From the NCBI GenBank assembly GCA_051294375.1, contig CM119266.1:18036087-18100086 (forward strand): a DNA stretch of 64,000 bases. The letters run 5' to 3'. The position numbers and the translations under genes are program-made. The stretch is from Paraspadella gotoi. Lineage: Eukaryota; Animalia; Chaetognatha. This document shows, piece after piece, positions 1-13,327 of this stretch (its first letter is position 1; every line of letters starts with the position of its first letter). Below the pieces are notes generated by a model. The model saw only the letters and a list, made by a program, of their open reading frames with translations. It did no database searches and was not told the DNA's origin.

Positions 1-3000
1 GTAAACATGTATGTATATTTTGCAGAGGAAGGATTTAGCCTGCCGTTCATTCTCCTCTTCCTCTTCTTCTTCTTTCTCCTTCCTCCTTGCCCCTCAGTAT
101 ATTTTGTTCTAGCGATACATTCTCTCGTTTTTACTCTTCCCAAAATATACCATTATTTTCCCTCTATTTCCTCACGCCTTCATTACCCTCAAGTTTTGAA
201 AACAGTTTGACTACAACTTCTGCCACCATAAACATTTCTTAAAAAAATAGGAAAAAAGCATTTTGGAAAAAAAAGATTTTGAACACTTGTTAATTTTAGA
301 TCTGGAAATAGGGTACGAATTGTGCATTTTCAAAAAAAATCAGCTGAAGCTATTTGATTTTTTGACAATCTTTTTTTTTTATATCTTTTATTTTATAGTA
401 GAGATAAAATTCTCAGTGAGCATAGGTCAGTTCATTTTTTTATTTTTAAAAAAAATATTTAATATTTTTTCTTTTAAGTTAATAAATTTTCATAGATAAA
501 TCATTAAAATTTTTAAAAAGTTGTATTAATGACCTTTATCTAACTTTTCAAGCTTTATCAGAATCAGTTTAAAAAAATTAAAATTTTAAAAAAAAATTTG
601 TATTATTGTATAAGTTATAATATAAAAATAGCATCCATGCGTATAGATAAATCTTGAATTTTTTTTATTTCACGATCTTTAATAAACACATTAACACTAA
701 CATTGGCATTGGCATTTTCAAAGCTTAATATATAATTTAATGATAAAAAATAACCCTAAACCTAGTTTTACATGTTTACTTATCAGTATCACTTTCGTTG
801 CTGGCTTCTGTATCATTTTCCTTATATTAAGTAATCCTAATCGTGAATAACAATTTATGTTAGAGCGATACATTTATAATGATTGCTATCCTCTCGTTAT
901 TTAACACAAGGTTCTTTTTAAAGCTATTTATCAGAAAAAAACTTCAATATAATTATATATTTGGCCTATTTGTCACAAGTTAAAGAATTCTGAGAGGTAT
1001 CCTAACCAGGAGTAAAGTTCACGAGAATGCGGGAAAATAATATATTGATGTCAGGAAAAAATCTTAGCTAAATTAAACGCCTTAATATTTTATTAAATTA
1101 ACTTAAAAATTATTTATCCGCAACATCAAAATTTATTTTTAGCCCAAAAGACAAACACGGTTTCCTTTACATCGATTTAATCGGCATGGAGTGCACAAGA
1201 ATGAGATGTCCCGGGATACGTTTCCGGACTTTGGGCTACACAAAAAAAGGGTAAACAATTTTTCCTAATGACAGTTTTTTTATAAATTAATATTGAAATT
1301 AGCTATATAAATCAATAAAGTAGAATAAAAAAAATTAAAAAATGGTTTAAATTTTTTTAAAATGAAAATATCATGCATCAATCCATAAATCTATGAACAA
1401 TTTTCTTTCGTTTGAGTCCATAACATTATTCTATCTTTAATATTTTATTTGTAATTAATTTTTCTTTATTAAAATATTATTTTAATTTTTTTTCAGGTAA
1501 TTTAAATTAAAAAAAATTATACTATGCAAATGATAGAAAAAAAATTTTATATTATAAGGGACTTACCTACCTAATATAGGCTTTCAAATACATATATAGT
1601 AAGTTTATTATGATTATGTTTGATATAGAAAATAAAATTTAAATAATTAAATATATGAAAAAATTGATAACTTTGAATTTTTTTAGCATAATAAACATAA
1701 TTTTTTAATTATTTGTTCATGATGCTTTTAATAGCTACTGGTCAGTTGTATCCTTTTCAATTATAATAATTGATAACTTCTTTTTTTTTAGTAATACTGA
1801 CTGCTATATTTACTTACCTTTTGACAAATCCAAAATTACTGATATTTAAAAATTAGTATGAAACAGACAAAAACTTTTTTTTAAATCAGATGCTATTTAA
1901 TTTTTTGAGTGATATTATATTATCCTTGGACAAAATTTAAAAAGTTTTAAAACAATCTCAACTCGGCATTTTTATAGCCAAAAGTTAGGTTGTTTAAAAA
2001 AACTGCAAGATGCCAAAAAGTAATAAAAAGTTATTGTCTTGAATATCTTTTAAAAAAAAGAGGAGCAAGGTGGGGTGGTATCAAATTAAAGCCTAATCAT
2101 GGGACACATTCTAGAACAGTTTTATTAATTTTATCCATAAATCTTTACACAGTTTTATTTTAAATACGAGTTAAAAGTATAACAGTTTTTTGCATTACAA
2201 ATTTCAATGAAGCTATGAATTTTGTTTTCTTTTACATTGAAGAGGAAAGTCTGAATTACATTTTAATTATCATTAAATTTTCTCAACTTTATAATTTGCT
2301 TGTATTTTTAGTTAAAATAAAAAACAAGCAAAAAATTTGTAAGTAGCTTGATAAATATTTTTTTAAATATGAAAAAATTGATAAATAATAAAATTTTTTC
2401 AGCTTGATATAAACAGTCTGGACGTCTACCTTCTTGTTCTGTGAAAAAAAAAATAATCATTTTTTCATTATCTTCAACTGCAAAGCAAAAAGCTGAATAT
2501 ACTGTTGTTTATCGTAATAAAATTTTAAAAAATACTTAACTGCTGACATATTTGACAAAGCAAGACATCATTGTGTGTGAATGTATTGCTATTTTCTTTT
2601 TAAATATAACAACCTTTATAAAGGAATTTAATTTATTATTTATCATCCATTTTAATTAAGAAAAAAAAAAATCGCAAAAAGGGTTCATTGACTGACTTAA
2701 TGATTCATTTTTTTTAGGTTTCTTTACTGCCCCATTACGCAAGACATAAAAGTCATATTATCATGTCACTATGTACAGATTTCTCTACCCTTTATGCCAC
2801 CTGCATTCTGAATTTTCTTTTTTTCCCTTTCAAATGTATTAATTAAAAAATTAATTGAGAGAACGAACAGCATGGAGGATACCGTGGTAAGCCTTAGTTA
2901 CCCCACTTCCCAATCAAATTTTTAAACAAGGTTTTTTTTTCATCTATTCTAGAACATAACTCTAACTATTGGTACTATTTATTTTTAATTTTTTACATTT

Positions 3001-4008
3001 CTCTTAGCGTAATCAAAGAAACGTTTTGCGTTGTCAAAAAAATTATAGAAAAAAAAGTAAAATGTTTTTTAAAAAATTAAAAAATCTATAGAGGATCTAC
3101 TATATTAACAAATATACTGACGTTAATATGTATTAGAACTTTGATGCCCAGCTCCAAATAAAAAAACTGTTAAATATACTGCTTTTTCTGTCATATTAAA
3201 AGAGGCTTATGAATTAAGTTAAAACCTACAAAGCAGTCCGAATATCAATTATTTATACATTTGACAACACTTAAAAATTGTCTAGGTGGGATTGTTTAAA
3301 ACTTTTTGAATTTTGTCCAAGGATAATATTTATCAGTTCCAAACAATTAAATAGCAATGTGATTTTAAAAAAAGTTTTTGTCTGTTTCATACATAATTTT
3401 TAATATCAGTAATTTTTGGATTTTGTCAAAATAAATAATATTGCAGTCAGTATTATTAAAAATAAAAAAAGTTATAAAATTAATTATAATTGAGAATATA
3501 CAACTGACCAGTAGTATGTGTAAAGCATCCTCGAGACATTATATGTATGTTTATTATGCCTAAAAAAATTTCAAAGTTAAAATGTTTTTCATATATTTAC
3601 ATTTTATAAAATTATTTATTTTCTATGGTCAAAACATCATCATAATAAACTTACTATATATGTATTTAAAGGCCTATTTAGGTAGGTAAGTCCCTTATAA
3701 TATAAAAATTTTTCTCATATTTGCTATTTTATAATTTTTTTTAATTTAAATTATTTGAAAAAAAATTAAAATAATAGTTTTAATAAAGAAAATAATTACA
3801 AATAAAACTACTTAAAGATAGAATAATGGTTCATGGGACTCAAACGAAAGAAAATTGGTTTTTCATAAGAATTTATGGATCGGATTGCTGATGGGTATAT
3901 TTTCATTTTTTAACAATAAAAATTTAAACCATTTTTTAATTTTTTTATTTACTTATTGATTTTATTATAGCTAATTTTAATATTAATTTTATTAAAAAAG
4001 GCCCTGTC
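1..4008. repeat. Direct duplication A, copy 1 (matches 7419-~11410, offset ~7418)
   Basis: GTAAACATGTATGTATATTTTGCAGAGGA at 1 and at 7419, colinear for ~4 kb. Differences are mostly homopolymer indels, and copy 1 degrades at 3530-4008. Confidence 0.9.
1156..4008. mobile_element. Foldback DNA transposon, copy lacking the last ~120 bp of the right TIR
   Basis: Starts CACGGTTTCC at 1156, same sequence as 8569-11529. The right arm stops at ~4008. Confidence 0.8.
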
Positions 4009-4984
4009 CTAATGTCGGGGCAGATAGGCCTTATATAAAATGGATGGATTATGTTATATAGGTTGCTACAATGTTAATTAATAATATTATTAAAATAATT
4101 TATCCCCTTCGTAAAGTTGCAACGACATGACGGAACCAGTGCTTCGGTTGGCGAACGTGCGTCATCCATAATTCATCGCTCGAGTCATCAACCTTAGCTG
4201 CCAACAAACTCGGACCGGTGGAGCGCATGCGCGGCGTTGGGCGGGGCCGATGAAGCGATTGTATTGTATATATATATATATTATATTGACTCGAGCTAGC
4301 GCGAAGATGTTTTGAAAGATTACGCAATTATTGATGTTTGATTAATAAGTAATAAAATTTTTTTTTAAATATGTACTACGAAGTTGGAAATATGTAATTT
4401 TTTTTTGAGAGTACAACCGGGGCGGATTCCTTTTATTTTGATGATACTAATCATTTCAAACTGGAAAAAAAAAAACATTGGGAATCGATCCTTCGTCAAG
4501 AGCTGATGGTATTACGTCAATGAGCCCACGGTCACGACTGAAGGTGGCATACTTTAGAGGAAGGTAACTTAAAGGCAATGCCGGACTACATATTTTCCTT
4601 TTTTTTCCAATTATTTTTTTCCACTACGCCAGTACGGCGGGAGCACTCCAAGAAGGCATGGCGGGGAAAACCAGACGATCAAACATGGAAAATCTTCGAC
4701 GGACCGACTGCGGCAGGAGTACGGAATATTGCGTCAACGCAGATTCTCAAAAGAATCGAGAGAGACGCCGAGACACGCCCACCTCGAGGCAGATCGGCGG
4801 CGGCCGCCCTCGAGCCGGTGCGGTGGCGCTGGCGGCCCGCATGTGACAGTCGTCACCGCGCCGCCTCGCGGCGTCGTTTGGCTTCGCGCTGGCGTCGCCG
4901 GAAGCCTGTGAACGGCGCGTTCAAAAAGAGCGAGACTGAGGAGTGGGAATGGGGCGCTTGAGTTTTCAATCTCTTTACCCTGCG

Positions 4985-5034
<50 letters not shown>

Positions 5035-5566
5035 CTCTCTCTTTTAATTTAAAAAAATTATAACTTTTTAACCGATATCCTTTTTAAAAAATTCTATCAG
5101 CAAAACAAAGGCAATTATTTCTTTATTCAATTCACCATAATTTTTTTTACAAAATATTTCACGAGCTTGGTTAAAAATATCATTTTTAAAAATTTTTATC
5201 AAAAATTGCCCAAAACAATAGATTTTAAAAAAAATTTTCCCTAGTAAAAAACTAACTTAATTTATAATGCGAGATATGTAACAGTCAATTTTTTCCGCTC
5301 TGCAAGATAGTTTGGGTTTCGTCCCTCTAGCAATCAAGCTTTTAAAGATATTTAACAAAAAGTCCATTTTTTACCATTTTTTTTCAATTTTTTCAAAGTT
5401 GGCAAGCATTTACATGTAAATTTTTTTTGGAAAAAAGTGTTCAAAAATTCATATGATGTATGGGCATTGGGCACCTTTTACACAATACTCGTTTTTTTGA
5501 TTTCAAAACTTTTCATATATGGCAAGGTCTAACCTGCACCCCTAAACCTTAATTACGCAACCCGCA

Positions 5567-6127
5567 CCATTTGGTATTTTTGACTCACCGTCTGATTCTT
5601 GTTCTTGCCATCCTTGCCCGTCTGGTTGATGCTCTTGTTCTTCCCTTTGCCTTTGCCTTTGCCTTTGTTCTTGCTCTTGTTGTTGTTGATGTTATCGTCG
5701 ACGTCTATGGTGACGACGGCGTCCCTCTTTCCGATTTTTGCCACCGGTCCGGAACGTCCGGCTCGACCGCCGCGGCGACTGCGGCCGGGGTTGTTGGTGT
5801 TCCTGTTGTGATCGCCGTCGCCGTCATCGTATTCGCCACCGTTTTCATCGTCGAATTCGTCGTAGCTGCTGCTTTCGTTGTCGTCCATCTTATCCTTCCT
5901 GTCTTCGGAGGCTCCTCCGTCGACACCGACGCTTTCGGGGTCTTGACTAACGACGCTGCCTTCTTCGGTTGCGTTGTTGGCGTTATTGTTCGCGTTCTCG
6001 ATTTTCTGATTCTCCAACTTCTGATTCTCGGTCTCCAATCCCTGGTTCTCATTTTCCAATCCCTGATTTTCGTTCTCGTTTTCGTTTTCGATCAATTCCC
6101 AAAGCGTCGGCCTTAATTTTTCGACAT
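5567..6127 (-). CDS. Probable coding exon of an uncharacterised acidic/Lys-Gly low-complexity protein
   Basis: GC-rich island with 180-aa ORF (ENENQ repeats, acidic tract, KGKGKG). Candidate donor CAAATG|GTGCGG. ATG at 6127 is in frame only if one homopolymer A is missing. Confidence 0.4.
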
Positions 6128-6229
6128 GAAAAATGAATTGCGCGGTGATTTTTTAACTTAATTGTCCATTAAGGCGTAGTAAAATTTCTAAATTTAACTT
6201 TATTAAAATTCTAAAAGTGAGGAACCAAC

Positions 6230-6728
6230 GACATTATACTAATGAACATTTATGTATAAAAAATATTTATAATAAATTTTACAATTTACGCAGTAGGCCA
6301 TATTTATGCTAGTACTAATCCAATAAATGTTAAATTTCAAAACAGTTTTTTCTAAGATTTTTTTGCAGAGTTGGATTCGTCATAAAAAGTTGATAAAAAG
6401 AAATATAACTCTTTTTGAAAAATTCCTTCATTAAGTGGGTCAAAAATTAGAAAAAGCTATATTTTAAGCTGAAAATTAACTTTTTATATATTAAATATAG
6501 TTTTTTAAAATTTTTATCCCACTTATGAAAGAATTTTTAAAAATGATTTATATTTTTCTTTTATCAACTTTTGACGAGGAGTTCAAATCTGCAATTAAAA
6601 TTAAGAAAAGCCTATTTTGAAATTTTTCGATTTTATAAGGATAGTACTATATATAAATATAGCCTACTGCGAAAATTAAAAAATATAAATTTTTTTTTTC
6701 AAATTAATGTTCACTTATGGTATGTTGT
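6230..6728. mobile_element. Degenerate ~500-bp palindromic MITE
   Basis: Mirror-placed inverted motifs around ~6478: AATGAACATT/AATGTTCACTT, GCAGTAGGC/GCCTACTGC, AAGTGGG/CCCACTT, AAAAGTTGATAAAA/TTTTATCAACTTTT. Confidence 0.65.
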
Positions 6729-7144
6729 TTATAATTTATAATATGACACAATAAATTTATAATTTATAATTTATAATATGACACAATAAAAGTCAACGTG
6801 GCGAAGCTTACTCATGCAAAATTTAATCATATTTCCTAATCTGTAAGCCAAACTTGAAGCTTTACATTAACAATACCTTTACTTTTACTATAACTCTCGC
6901 TTATCTACAAACAAGTTTGAGCAAACAATGTCGGATCTGCTTAGTATAATTGAGCGGTAATTAGCTAATCAGAATATAAATCACGATAATTCTTTTAATT
7001 TTCAATCCTAACTGATCATAACAGATCATACCATACCAAACCAATGGTTGCGCCAATACATGTAAATCGCTTGCAAGGGATTAAACTGAAGTGTTACTAT
7101 GGTACAAACAAATATTTTTTTAACTATTATTTTTTTCACTTGGG

Positions 7145-7410
7145 TCATTTTTTCAACTTGCATCTTTTTTTCAACTTTTATCATTTTTTTCAACTTTTAT
7201 CATTTTTTTCAACTTTTATCATTTTTTCAACTTTTATCATTTTTTCAACTTTTATCATTTTTTCAACTTTTATCATTTTTTCAACTTTTATCATTTTTTC
7301 AACTTTTATCATTTTTTCAACTTTTATCATTTTTTCAACTTTTATCATTTTTTCAACTTTTATCATTTTTTCAACTTGTATCATTTTTTCAACTTGCATC
7401 ATTTTTCAAC
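7145..7410. repeat. 18-bp minisatellite (TTTTTCAACTTTTATCAT)n, ~14 units
   Basis: Directly visible tandem array. It produces the spurious FFQLLS/MIKVEK ORFs. Confidence 0.95.
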
Positions 7411-7418
7411 ATGTTATT

Positions 7419-10400
7419 GTAAACATGTATGTATATTTTGCAGAGGAGGATTTAGCCTGCCGTTCAATTCTCCTCTTCCTCTTCTTCTTCTTTCCTCCTC
7501 CTCCTGCCCCTCAGTATATTTTGTCTAGCGATACATTCTCTCGTTTTTACTCTTCCCAAAATATACCATTATTTTCCCTCTATTTCCTCACGCCTTCATT
7601 ACCCCTCAAGTTTTGAAACAGTTTTGACTACAACTTCTGCACCATAAACATTTCTTAAAAAAATAGGAAAAAAGCATTTTGGAAAAAAAGATTTTGAACA
7701 TTGTTAATTTTAGATCTGGAAATAGGGTACGAATTGTGCATTTTCAAAAAAATCAGCTTGAAGCTATTTGATTTTTTGACAATCTTTTTTTTTTTATATC
7801 TTTTATTTTATAGTAGAGATAAAATTCTCAGTGAGCATAGGTCAGTTCATTTTTTTATTTTTAAAAAAATATTTAATATTTTTTCTTTAAGTTAATAAAT
7901 TTTCATAGATAAATCATTAAAATTTTAAAAAGTTGTATTAATGACCTTTATCTAACTTTTCAAGCTTTATCAGAATCAGTTTAAAAAAATTAAAATTTAT
8001 AAAAAAAAATTTTGATATTATATAGTATAATATAATATAAAATAGCATCCATGCGTATAAGATAAATCTTGAATTTTTTTTTATTTCACGATCTTTAATA
8101 AACACATTAACACTAACATTGGCATTGGCATTTTCAAAGCTTAATATATAATTTAATGATAAAAAATAACCCTAAACCTATGTTTTACATGTTTACTATC
8201 AGTATCACTTTCGTTGCTGGCTTCTGTATCATTTTCCTTATATTAAGTAATCCTAATCGTGAATAACAATTTATGTTAAGAGCGATACATTTTATAATGA
8301 TTGCTATCCTCTCGTTATTTAACACAAGGTTCTTTTAAAGCTATTTATCAGAAAAAACTTCAATATAATTATATATTTGCCTATTTGTCACAAGTTAAAG
8401 AATTCTCTGAGAGGTATCCTAACCAGGAGTAAAGTCACGAGAATGCGGGAAAATAATATATTGATGTCAGGAAAAAATCTTAGCTAAATTAAACGCCTTA
8501 ATATTTTATTAAATTAACTAAAATATTTTATCCGAACATCAAAATTTATTTTTAGCCCAAAAGACAAACACGGTTCCTTTTTACATCGATTTAATCGCAT
8601 GGAGTGCACAAGAATGAGATGTCCCGGGATACGTTTCCGGACCTTTGGGCTACACAAAAAAAGGGTAAACAAATTTTTCCTAATGACAGTTTTTTTATAA
8701 ATTAATATTGAAATTAGCTATATAAAATCAATAAAGTAGAATAAAAAAAATTAAAAAATGGTTTAAATTTTTTTAAAAATGAAAATATCATGCATCATCC
8801 ATAATCTATGAACAATTTTCTTTCGTTTGAGTCCATAACCATTATTCTATCTTTAATAGTTATTTGTAATTAATTTTTCTTTATTAAAATATTATTTAAT
8901 TTTTTTTCAGGTAATTTAAATTAAAAAAAATTATAACTATGCCAAATGATAGAAAAAAAATTTTATATTATAAGGGACTTACCTACCTAATATAGGCTTT
9001 CAAATACATATATAGTAAGTTTATTATGATTATGTTTTGATATAGAAAATAAATAATTTAAATAATTAAATATATGAAAAAATTGATAACTTTGAATTTT
9101 TTTTTAGCATAATAAACATAATTTTTAATTATTTGTTCATGATGCTTTTAATAGCTACTGGTCAGTTGTATCCTTTCAATTATAAATAATTTGATAACTT
9201 CTTTTATTTTTAGTAATACTGACTGCTATATTTACTTACTTTTGACAAATCCAAAAATTACTGATATTAAAAATTATGTATGAAACAGACAAAAACTTTT
9301 TTTTAAATCAGATGCTATTTAATTTTTTGGAGTGATATTATATTATCCTTGACAAAATTTAAAAAGTTTTAAAACAATCTCAACTCGGCATTTTTATAGC
9401 CAAAAGTTAGGTTGTTTAAAAAAAACTGCAAGATGCAAAAAAGTAATAAAAAAAGTTATTGTCTTGAATATCTTTTGAAAAAAAAGGGGAGCAAGGTGGG
9501 TGTGGTATCAAATTAAACCCTAACATGGGACACATTCTTAGAACAGTTTTATTAAATTTTATCCATAAATCTTTACACAGTTTTATTTTAAATACGAGTT
9601 AAAAGTATAACAGTTTTTGCATTACAAATTTCAATGAAGGCATATGAAATTTTTTGTTTTCTTTTGTACATTTAAAGAGAAAGTCTGAATTACATTTTAA
9701 TTATCATTAAATTTTCTCAACTTTATAAATTTGCTTGTATTTTTTAGTTAAAATAAAAAACAAGCAAAAAATTTGTAGTAGCTTGATAAAATATTTTTTT
9801 AAATATGAAAATGATAAATAATAAAATTTTTTCAGCTTGATATAAACAGTCTGGACGTCTACCTTCTTGTCTGTGAAAAAAAAAATAATCATTTTTCATT
9901 ATCTTCAACTGCAAAGCAAAAGCTTGATATACTGCTTGTTTATCGTAATAAAATTTTAAAAAATTACTTAACTGCTACATATTTGACAAAGCAAGACATC
10001 ATTGTGTTGAATTTTATTGCTAATTTTCTTTTAAATATAACAACCTTTATAAAGGGAATTTAATTCTATTATTTTATCATCCATTTTAATTAAGAAAAAA
10101 AAAATTCGCAAAAAGGTTCATTGACTGACTTAATGATTGCATTTTTTAAGGTTTCTTTACTGCCCCCATTACGCAAGACATAAAAGGTCATTATATCATG
10201 TCACTATGTACAGATTTTCTCTACCCTTTATGCCACCTGCATTCTGAATTTTCTTTTTTTCCCTTTCAAATGTATTAAATTAAAAAAATTAATTGAGAGA
10301 ACGAACAGCATGGAGGATACCGTTGGTAAGCCTTAGTTACCCCACTTCCCAATCAAATTTTTAAACAAGGTTTTTTTTCATCTATTCTAGACATAACTCT

Positions 10401-11410
10401 AACTATTGGTACTATTTATTTTTTTAATTTTTACATTCTCTTTAGCGTAATCAAAGAAACGTTTTGCGTGTCAAAAAAATTATAGAAAAAAAAGTAAATG
10501 TTTTCAAAAATTAAAAAATCTATAGAGGAATCTACTATATTAACAAATATACTGACGTTAATATGTATTAGAACTTTGATGCCCACTCCAAATAAAAAAA
10601 CTGTTAAATATAGCTTGTTCTGTCATATTAAAAGAGGCTACTGAATTAAGTTTTAACCTACAAAGCAGTCCGAATATCAATTATTTATACATTTGACAAC
10701 CTAAAAATGTCTAGTTGGATTGTTTAAAACTTTTTGAATTTTGGCCAAGGATAATATTATATCAGTTCAAACAATTAAATAGCATGTGATTTTAAAAAAG
10801 TTTTTGTCTGTTTCATACATAATTTTTATAATCAGTAATTTTTGGATTTTGTCAAAAATAAATAAATATTGCAGTCAGTATTATTAAAAATAAAAAAAGT
10901 TATAAAATTATTATAATTGAGAATGATACACTGACCAGTAGCTGTTAAAAGCATCATGAACAATTAATTAATAATTATGTTATTTATGCTAAAAAAAAAT
11001 TCAAAGTTAAAATTTTTTTCATATATTTAATTTTATAAATTATTTATTTTCTATGTCAAAACATCATCATAATAAACTTACTATATATGTATTTAAAGGC
11101 CTATATTAGGTAGGTAAGTCCCTTATAATATAAAATTTTTCTTCAATCATTTGGCATAGTTATAATTTTTTTTAATTTAAATTATTTGAAAAAAATTAAA
11201 ATAATATTTTAATAAAGAAAAATTAATTACAAATAAACTATTAAAGATAGAATAATGGTTATGGACTCAAACGAAAGAAAATTGTTCATAGATTATGGAT
11301 GATGCATTGATATTTTCATTTTTAAAAAAATTTAAACCATTTTTTAATTTTTTTATTTTACTTTATTGATTTATATAGCTAATTTTAATATTAATTTATA
11401 AAAAAAACTG
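7419..11410. repeat. Direct duplication A, copy 2
   Basis: Colinear with 1-4008. Confidence 0.9.
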
Positions 11411-11529
11411 TCATTAGGAAAAATTTGATTACCCTTTTTTTGTGTAGCCCAAAGGTCCGGAAACGTATCCCGGGACATCTCATTCTTGTGCACTCCATGC
11501 CGATTAAATCGATGTAAAAAGGAACCGTG
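8569..11529. mobile_element. Non-autonomous foldback DNA transposon, ~820-bp TIRs, CAC...GTG termini (CMC/Transib-like)
   Basis: CACGGTTCCTTTTTACATCGATTTAATC at 8569 and its reverse complement ending GGAACCGTG at 11529. Arms ~8569-9390 and ~10705-11529. Flanks ACAAA / ACAAG. No transposase ORF. Confidence 0.85.
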
Positions 11530-11685
11530 ACAAGTTAGTTTGGCAAAAACATGTATTAAAGATGTACTTCGATTTTAATGTATTAGTAATTTATATGATG
11601 CGATAAACCTTTCGTTTTCGTTGTTGTTATGATTTAGAGAAAAAACAAAGTTTTTAATTGTGTTACAACGAATTTAATTAGAGAT

Positions 11686-11726
11686 ACGGACATGTTTCGG
11701 CTCACATTTCGAGCCTTCATCAGCGT
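11686..11726 (-). ncRNA. Minimal type I hammerhead ribozyme (inverted pLTR copy)
   Basis: Exact reverse complement of 13287-13327. Confidence 0.85.
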
Positions 11727-11764
11727 TTGCCATAAGGAAAATATTTGTGCAAAAAGAAGGGTGT

Positions 11765-11796
<32 letters not shown>

Positions 11797-11820
11797 TAGA
11801 GGTAAAGGTTTTCCAACAAA

Positions 11821-12919
11821 GTGGTGAGCAACGTCAAAAGAGCCTTGGCGATCAATGGCTACCCATTGTGGGCCTTCGAGAAGGCTAGGTATCGGCCGCG
11901 CCTGGCTGAGGACAGTGGCCACTCAGGGGCTGTCCAAGTAACCGCCCACGCAGGTTCTACCTCCACCCCCCAGGAGGCGGAACGGGATCTTGCTGCTGAA
12001 GTGCCGACCGCGCCCACCACAGCGCAAGTGGAAGTAAAGCAGAAGCGCCCAAGGAACGTGGGTCACTTGTCCCTCCCTACCACCAGGGGATCACTGAAGC
12101 ATTGGTGCGGTGCTAGCAAAGCAGGGGATCTCCACTTCAGTGACGGCCCGCGGCTCCCTACGTGAGCATTTGGTGAAACCGAAAGATAAAATCCCCTGAC
12201 CGAAAACTTCAGGAGCCGTCTACTGGACGGCCTGTGCAGGGACGGGCAACCAACCCTGTGCAGCAGCATACGTGGGAGAGACAGGCAAGTCTCTGACAGA
12301 TCGATTCCAACAACACACAAAGCCCTATCGTGACGCCCGAGGTCACTTTCTGTCCGCAGTTGCTGAACATTCGGCAGGCACAGGCCATCTGTTCAGGGAA
12401 TCAGACTGTCTCGTGCTGTCCCATGACCCAAACTGGTTCTCAAGAGGTATTAGAGAGGCAATTTACATCAAAGCCCTCGAGCCCTCTTTGAACCGTGATG
12501 GAGGACGATTCGATCTCCCTCCAAGTTATGATACGCTTATCAAAAGCGTGGTGAAGGCCCCGCCTCCACCACGCCCGCACAATGATTCCCCCGTCTCCAC
12601 TCAACGAGACAGGCGGAGACCCTTGCGCAGGCAATGGGCAAACGATGCCTCTCACTCAAATGAAGCAACTCAGTCCCTCTCTCTGGCGACTGGGCGCCGC
12701 CCAAAACGACGGCTTCAGGAGGAGGGAGAGGAGTCCACCACTCCTGTCACGAAAGCGGCAAGAACGGACAACCGCCCGCCTCGCCAGCAGGCGAGAAGAG
12801 GGCAGCCAGCAGGCACAACAGGTCAAAGAGACATAAGAGTGGCTCTGGAATCTTTCCGTCAGGTTCGATACCCAGTGCAACATTCACTGGTTCAACCACA
12901 CTCTCCTCTCAGCCTATGA
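11821..12919 (+). pseudogene. Penelope RT-thumb/linker plus GIY-YIG endonuclease, truncated and frameshifted
   Basis: ALAINGYP, then GAVY..C......C...YVGETGKSLTDRFQQH, SAVAEH, RGIREAIYI, LNRDGG, all typical PLE motifs. Confidence 0.9.
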
Positions 12920-13286
12920 CGCTAATGACCTGGCACCATCGTCTCTGTCCTTCATTTGCATATAAAACAAGGGGGGCCAGCTCATTTTTGAGCTCTTTCT
13001 TTCTCCTTATATTTCACTTTCTTATCCTCCTAACTATCAACTATCTTTTTCACATTTCAAATTTCATAATTCATGTTACTATCCTTTAGCTAACTATTTA
13101 AATTAGATAATTGTTAAACTCTTACTGACATTTAGTTTTTCAAAATTTTTTACTTTTGTTGTACATTTCAAAATGTATCTTTAATACTTATTTATTTATC
13201 CCTGTTGTCCTCTCTCTCCTCTCATCTCTCTCTCTCTCTCTCTCTCACACACCCTTCTTTTTGCACAAATATTTTCCTTATGGCAA

Positions 13287-13327
13287 ACGCTGATGAAGGC
13301 TCGAAATGTGAGCCGAAACATGTCCGT
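13287..13327 (+). ncRNA. Minimal type I hammerhead ribozyme in the 3' pLTR
   Basis: ACG-CTGATGA-A-GGCTC(GAAATGT)GAGCC-GAAA-CATGTC-CGT: intact core, 5-bp stem II, palindromic ACATGT stem III, GUC cleavage triplet ending at 13324. Confidence 0.88.

Noticed and set aside
7044-7616. ORFs with FSTFII/FFQLLS/MIKVEK repeats, and a possible CRISPR-like array
   Set aside because: They are translations of an 18-bp minisatellite. There are no unique spacers and the context is eukaryotic.
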